From positions 1-29,509 of the IMG/VR virus record IMGVR_UViG_3300049722_000006: DNA of 29,509 bases. One strand, given 5' to 3'. The position numbers and the translations under genes are program-made. This DNA is from a virus (lineage: Duplodnaviria > Caudoviricetes). Below the pieces are notes generated by a model that worked only from the letters and a program-made list of their open reading frames with translations, did no database searches and was not told the DNA's origin. Below, piece by piece: positions 25,204-29,509 of the stretch (positions are counted from its first letter, which is position 1; each line of letters begins with the position of its first letter).

Positions 25204-25352
25204 TATTTCCGCTTCATTTCCTTCGATCCCTTGCGCTTGTGGCCAAGGGAAGGATCTTCATGCAGTTCGCCAACCATCTTAGTTTTCTGCTTATCTGATA
25301 GCGGCGAGCCGTCCGAAAGCAGCTTTTTGACTTGTTTGCGCGTCCATGGCAT
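25203..25352 (-). CDS. Small basic protein (49 aa)
   Basis: Hand translation MPWTRKQVKKLLSDGSPLSDKQKTKMVGELHEDPSLGHKRKGSKEMKRK; TGATG and TAATG coupling on both sides. Confidence 0.75.
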   Translation of the reverse strand: MPWTRKQVKKLLSDGSPLSDKQKTKMVGELHEDPSLGHKRKGSKEMKRK

Positions 25353-25876
25353 CACTGTATCCTCTGTGCCTCTCCGTTGATAAAAACCCCAGCGCTGAAC
25401 TGCATGCGCTCAACACCGTTGACCTTGATAATGTGAACCTTGTAAATCGGCTCAACGCCGGGAAAGTCCCGCTCAAAATCCTGCACGAAATAGGTGAATG
25501 CTTGAGCCAGCCGAGCGATGGCCTCAAGTGGAATGTCGCGCTTGAACAGCGTGCGCATCGAAAACGGGTTGTACGCGACGAACTTGTCTCCATCCCATGC
25601 TGGCAACTGCTGGTGATCGGCATCCATTGCGGCCAGGGCTATGTATTTATCGAGTGGGTAGGGCGTGAAGCGCTTAATATTGGGGGCAATGGAGTCGTAG
25701 CAATGCTGCCTCAATTCGGGCTCCAGGCGAGCCAGGATCGATTTAAAATGGTCGTGATCCTTGATCCTGGTAGCCAGCCCGCGCATGCACTCACCTGGAT
25801 TGTCGAGAGAGGCTATCCCGTGATTATGGAGGATGCGATTGAGGGCCTTTTGTTCAGAGCGCGTGCGCTGTTTCAC
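25352..25876 (-). CDS. Hypothetical protein between terminase and portal
   Basis: SD GGAGG before GTG 25876; ORF fills the gap. Confidence 0.75.
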   Translation of the reverse strand: MKQRTRSEQKALNRILHNHGIASLDNPGECMRGLATRIKDHDHFKSILARLEPELRQHCYDSIAPNIKRFTPYPLDKYIALAAMDADHQQLPAWDGDKFVAYNPFSMRTLFKRDIPLEAIARLAQAFTYFVQDFERDFPGVEPIYKVHIIKVNGVERMQFSAGVFINGEAQRIQ

Positions 25877-25889
25877 TCGCAATCCTCCG

Positions 25890-27191
25890 TCAGTTGTAAC
25901 ACCCCAAACGCCGTGCCGGTTGGGGACGTGGCTTTGGCCGCTGAATCATCTGCTGATCCTTGACACCGATCGCGAAGTACTGGAATGCGCTCCCAGGATG
26001 CGAGGCCCAATCGTGTAGCGGGGTCTCCTTTTCTACGCCAGAGCTGCCCATCTCGGGCCAGCGATAATGCCTGAGTCCGTGTAAACCGTCCGCGCATTTG
26101 TCTTTGTCAAATACGCAATTGGGAAAAATCTTTCGCGTTGCTGCAATCTGGTTGATCAAGCTAACAACGGGCAGCACCTGTATTTTATCCGATCCTGCAA
26201 TCTCTCGCGCCTGCTGCTCAATCGTCTTGCCGCTGGCAAGCTGGGGCTGGCGGGCATCGTGCGGGAGCACGTGCTTTGCGTACACGTAGGGCTTGTCGCT
26301 GAGCACTTTAAAATACCGATCCAAGCTCAACGCCTCGTCGTTGCAATAGTCGATGATGTGATATTCGAGGGGGTAAACTTGCACAAACCAGATGCTTGTG
26401 AACCTGTCTCCGATATCCCAATAGGTGAAAACGGGCCGGCTGGTATCGTAAGGGACGTGGCGCTCTCGGCCGTCGGCTACCAACTTTTTGAGCTCGCGCG
26501 CGTAAATCGCTCCTTCCACCTGGCTGAGAAATTCGCCCTCGTAAACATGCTGAAATTCCTCTGGATTTGTTTCGCGCAAGTGATCCATGTCGCGCTGGGA
26601 TTCAGCGCTCAGCCAGAGGTTATCGCGGTATGAGGTTTTTACGATTGCTAGATCTGGCGGGGGAGCCTTAAACAGAAAATCAACAATAGGGTCGGTTTCA
26701 AGCAACGGGTTGAAAGTGAAAATAATTTGTGATCCTGCCTTACGGAACGTCGGGATGAGAGTGCGCAAGCTAGCCTTGCTGATCGTCTGCGCTTCCTCGA
26801 TCCAGGCGCCATCGAACGATTCGTACGCTTTGAGGCTGGTCGGATCCTGGATGAGCGATCGCAACCCCGCATAAACAAACATCGTGCCTTTGTTGCATGC
26901 CTGTTTGCCGTAAATGCCGTTTTGCTGGATATCATAATAATCGCTTAGTCCAAGCATTTTAATTTGGTCCGAGAGTACCAAATGCACTGATTCTTTGATG
27001 CTTTTCATCAACTCGCGGCCGCATAACCAGCGCAAATCCGCTTGCGCTCCTCGAATTGCCAGATACCGCGCTACTGACCATGTTTTGATACCGTTTCTGC
27101 CGCCCCAAAGGGCCTTATATCGCTCCGGGCCGAATAGGATGCGCGCTGGCTCGGCGAATTCAGCTCTTCCTATCTTGCCCAAGGAAGGCAA
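25890..27191 (-). CDS. terL: Terminase large subunit (PBSX-type ATPase)
   Basis: YKALWGGRNGIKTWS, RELMKSIKESV, GAWIEEA, IPTFRKAGS...TFNP, nuclease WDIG, LPHDA, PLHDWASH; TTG start at 27191 or 27182. Confidence 0.95.
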   Translation of the reverse strand: MPSLGKIGRAEFAEPARILFGPERYKALWGGRNGIKTWSVARYLAIRGAQADLRWLCGRELMKSIKESVHLVLSDQIKMLGLSDYYDIQQNGIYGKQACNKGTMFVYAGLRSLIQDPTSLKAYESFDGAWIEEAQTISKASLRTLIPTFRKAGSQIIFTFNPLLETDPIVDFLFKAPPPDLAIVKTSYRDNLWLSAESQRDMDHLRETNPEEFQHVYEGEFLSQVEGAIYARELKKLVADGRERHVPYDTSRPVFTYWDIGDRFTSIWFVQVYPLEYHIIDYCNDEALSLDRYFKVLSDKPYVYAKHVLPHDARQPQLASGKTIEQQAREIAGSDKIQVLPVVSLINQIAATRKIFPNCVFDKDKCADGLHGLRHYRWPEMGSSGVEKETPLHDWASHPGSAFQYFAIGVKDQQMIQRPKPRPQPARRLGCYN

Positions 27192-27546
27192 TCTCCATCT
27201 TTGCGAATAGGCCTGAGCCGTCGGGATTGCTTAAAGTGTGCTGCTGTTGATCGGTCCATTCCATGTTTTTTAGGGCAAATATTGCACCAGTGGGCGATGT
27301 TGAACTTAATCTTTCCTCGTAGCTATCTTCGACAATCAACCTAAGCCTTTTTATTACCTGGGTAAACTCTTCTCGCGCCTCATACTCTGCAATCTGTTTC
27401 CGGCACGACAGGCCAAGCGCAAGACACAAACCACAAATGCGATAAGGGCGTTTTTCTGCATCACAAAGCCTGAAATATGCTTCCGCTCTTTCTGCTGCTT
27501 GATCAGGTGATTCGAGTGCTCGCGGCCTTCCGCCTGGGTGTGCCAT
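27160..27546 (-). CDS. terS: Terminase small subunit (P22 gp3-like)
   Basis: GRPRALESP...AEAYF...ICGLCLALG...GAIFALKNMEWTD; upstream of terL; start MAHPGGRP. Confidence 0.88.
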   Translation of the reverse strand: MAHPGGRPRALESPDQAAERAEAYFRLCDAEKRPYRICGLCLALGLSCRKQIAEYEAREEFTQVIKRLRLIVEDSYEERLSSTSPTGAIFALKNMEWTDQQQHTLSNPDGSGLFAKMEIAFLGQDRKS

Positions 27547-27635
27547 CCTGCCTCTTTTCCCTCTGCGGCCCAGCCTCTCCACAAAAGCTGAGCCGCTTTC
27601 AGGGTCCATGCAAAGGAGTGTTGCTTTTCAGGGAT

Positions 27636-27677
27636 AGTTTGAAAGGGGACTGCGAATTGTGTCAAGCATAATTATGC
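27636..27677 (-). promoter_or_regulatory. Possible late promoter with an adjacent palindrome
   Basis: TTGACA-N18-CAAACT towards terS; perfect palindrome GCATAATTATGC at 27666-27677 abuts the -35. Confidence 0.35.
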
Positions 27678-27881
27678 ACTCCCATGAATATTTAGTGACA
27701 TCTGCGACATGGACCTAGCCCTAGACCATACCCAAAAATAATTTCATTTGTCTTGCATTATTCGCTTGACATTGCTTACGCATGCTATTAATATGTAATC
27801 AGTGATTGAGATTTACCGATTGGAAGGGGAATTATATATTTGACTACCCTAAAATATTTTAAACATAATTGCATTTTATAC

Positions 27882-27910
27882 TTGACTCCCTCAAGGGAGT
27901 AATGTACTAT
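27882..27910 (+). promoter_or_regulatory. Sigma70-type promoter overlapping a dyad
   Basis: TTGACT-N17-TACTAT; ACTCCCT-CA-AGGGAGT at 27885-27900. Confidence 0.6.
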
Positions 27911-27955
27911 TAATTCAACTGGCGCTGGCAGTAACCAGCAGAAAGGCAGAAAAAA

Positions 27956-28285
27956 ATGAATACCTACACCAAACTCAGCAACGGAAATTGGGGACTCAGA
28001 ATTCAATCCGGGCAGACCCGAATCCAGTCCGGAGACAGCATCGTAGTTACCAAAAAATCTGGCGAAACAAAGAATGAGAAAGTGGGCAAAATCGTGTGGA
28101 CTGGAAATGGTGTCACTCTGGCGACTATCGCTCCGCTGCCTGCGCGATACGGCTCCTACTCCACCATCGGTGAGCGGACACGGGAGCGCATGGACCGGAC
28201 GGGATGGACCGGCTGCTCTTGTGGGTCTATTGAGGGGCATCCCCGCCCGTCTGATTGTGCCTCTTGCCGCTTCGACAACGACTAG
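27956..28285 (+). CDS. Hypothetical protein with C-terminal Cys cluster (109 aa), IS passenger
   Basis: TYTKLSNGNWGLRI...GDSIVVTKKSGETK...CSCG...DCASC; weak SD AAGG. Confidence 0.8.
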   Translation: MNTYTKLSNGNWGLRIQSGQTRIQSGDSIVVTKKSGETKNEKVGKIVWTGNGVTLATIAPLPARYGSYSTIGERTRERMDRTGWTGCSCGSIEGHPRPSDCASCRFDND

Positions 28286-28384
28286 CTTGACCTCTGCGCT
28301 TATCCCTCCCGCAAGGGAGGGCCTAGCGGAGCGATTACGCTTCCCCGATGCCTGGCGGTAACCGGGCAGCAAAGGAATACAATC

Positions 28385-28810
28385 ATGGCAGCACAACAAG
28401 ACAATCCATATTTCACGATCACACTGACTGGCCGCCCGCCGGTAAAAATAAAGAAAGACGATTGGCCTCTCTATGCCGAGGGCAATGCATATATCCATGA
28501 CGGGCAAGTTGAATGCCAGGCCAATGAAAAAACTAAATGGCGCATCGCCGTCCTTCGCCATGCCGATGGCCGCGCCATAATTTTCGCCGTCTATAGCCAT
28601 GACACGAATTGGCAGAATCGGAGCTGCTACGGTCTGCGCGGTGGGGAACTGCTCCCAGCGGCATCTGAAATCGGAGAAATAATCAGTGCCATTCAGCGCG
28701 TCGGACAATGGATGATCGATAATATGCCCTCGGAAAAGTCTGATGATTCCGAGATTTTCAGCCGTCTGATCAACGAGTGCATCGCAGATCTTCCCGCCGA
28801 GGAACTGTAA
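28385..28810 (+). CDS. Hypothetical protein (141 aa), IS passenger
   Basis: TITLTGRPPVKIKKDDWP...VLRHADGRAIIFAVY...ECIADLPAEEL; SD AAGGA. Confidence 0.8.
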   Translation: MAAQQDNPYFTITLTGRPPVKIKKDDWPLYAEGNAYIHDGQVECQANEKTKWRIAVLRHADGRAIIFAVYSHDTNWQNRSCYGLRGGELLPAASEIGEIISAIQRVGQWMIDNMPSEKSDDSEIFSRLINECIADLPAEEL

Positions 28811-28819
28811 TATCTGGCC

Positions 28820-28848
28820 TGCCCGTGGGCATCGTACACGGGCATTTT
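28820..28848 (+). terminator. Hairpin with U-tract just upstream of the transposase RBS
   Basis: TGCCCGTG-N9-CACGGGCA-TTTT followed by GGAGG. Confidence 0.55.
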
Positions 28849-28858
28849 GGAGGAATGC

Positions 28859-29509
28859 ATGAGCAAAAGCACAATAAGCACTTTTCAGCTTTTCGAACTT
28901 TTCCCCGATGAGGAAACGGCTAGAGTATACCTGGAGGCGAGACTGTGGACCGATGGCCCGACGTGTCCCGAATGTAAATCGAGGGAGCGAATAACCGTTC
29001 GAAAAAACGGATTTTACCGCTGCAATGCCTGCAAATTTGATTTCACCGTCCGCACCAATACGATCTTCGAGCGGTCCCATATCAAGCTGCATAAGTGGGT
29101 CTATGCCATGTATTTGCTGGTCACCGCGCGGAAAGGCATCTCGTCCATGCAACTCGCCAAAGAGATCGGAGTCACCCAAAAATCCGCATGGTTCATGCTG
29201 CATCGATTGCGTGAGGCTTGCGGATCGGATGATGATCTCGACAAGTTGCGGGGTGAGATCGAAATCGACGAGTGCTTTATCGGCGGGAAGGAGGCCAATA
29301 AGCACGAAGCGGACAAGCTCAAGATGGGACGCGGATCTGTCGGAAAAGTCCCCGTGATCGGACTGAGGGAGCGCGGAGGCAAGACGATAGCCATGCCCAT
29401 TACTGCCGTCACTATCGAAGAAGCGTATGCCGCAATCTACGAGAACGTGGAAGTGGGCAGCAAACTCTATACCGATGAGCATTCTGCCTACGCTGATCTG
29501 GACGGGCTT
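28859..29509 (+). CDS. IS1595-family DDE transposase, 3'-truncated
   Basis: Absent from the track. MSKSTISTFQLFELFPDEETAR...CPEC...YRCNAC...FTVRTNTIFERS (zinc ribbon), KGISSMQLAKEIGVTQKSAW (HTH), EIEIDECFIGG and LYTDE (catalytic Asp motifs); SD GGAGG. Confidence 0.95.
   Translation, partial: MSKSTISTFQLFELFPDEETARVYLEARLWTDGPTCPECKSRERITVRKNGFYRCNACKFDFTVRTNTIFERSHIKLHKWVYAMYLLVTARKGISSMQLAKEIGVTQKSAWFMLHRLREACGSDDDLDKLRGEIEIDECFIGGKEANKHEADKLKMGRGSVGKVPVIGLRERGGKTIAMPITAVTIEEAYAAIYENVEVGSKLYTDEHSAYADLDGL

Larger units (their letters stand above)
27827..29509 (+). mobile_element. IS1595-family element (probably ISNwi1 group) with passenger genes, right end outside the window
   Basis: GGGAATTATATATTTGACTACC matches the ggnnatTAT end described for the ISNwi1 group; degenerate second copy TTTTATACTTGACTCCC at 27874-27890; IS1595 transposase 1 kb downstream. 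Confidence 0.7.

Noticed and set aside
25346-25963. 205-aa plus-strand ORF
   Set aside because: Antisense to a minus-strand gene that has a GGAGG SD and is translationally coupled within the packaging operon.
27788-29482. 564-aa minus-strand ORF in the track
   Set aside because: It is the antisense shadow of the IS1595 transposase and two plus-strand genes, which have clear motifs and SD sites; it has no recognisable domain.
1-29509. CRISPR array, tRNA, diversity-generating retroelement, integrase
   Set aside because: By eye I found no spaced direct repeats, cloverleaf, reverse transcriptase, template/variable repeat pair or recombinase motifs.

Overview
This window is most of a P22-like (podovirus-type) phage genome, read almost entirely on the minus strand. 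From right to left it holds small and large terminase, portal, scaffold, P22-type coat protein, gp4- and gp10-like tail proteins, three ejection (DNA-transfer) proteins and a beta-helix tailspike. These are followed by a lysis/membrane-protein cluster with an M15 endolysin, then an early region with an XRE regulator, small genes and an SMC/Rad50-like ATPase truncated at position 1. At the right end an IS1595-family element, probably ISNwi1 group with a left end near 27827, appears to carry two passenger genes ahead of a truncated transposase. The most unusual signal is that five late-region proteins start with apparent Sec signal peptides: the tailspike, the 323-aa protein just downstream of the coat gene, a 111-aa coiled-coil protein, an FN3-collagen protein and a beta-barrel-like protein. 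The first two also have closely spaced cysteine pairs. This suggests export of virion appendages to the periplasm and attachment during or after lysis, or display on the host surface. All calls rest on motif recognition and gene order by eye; no database searches were run.
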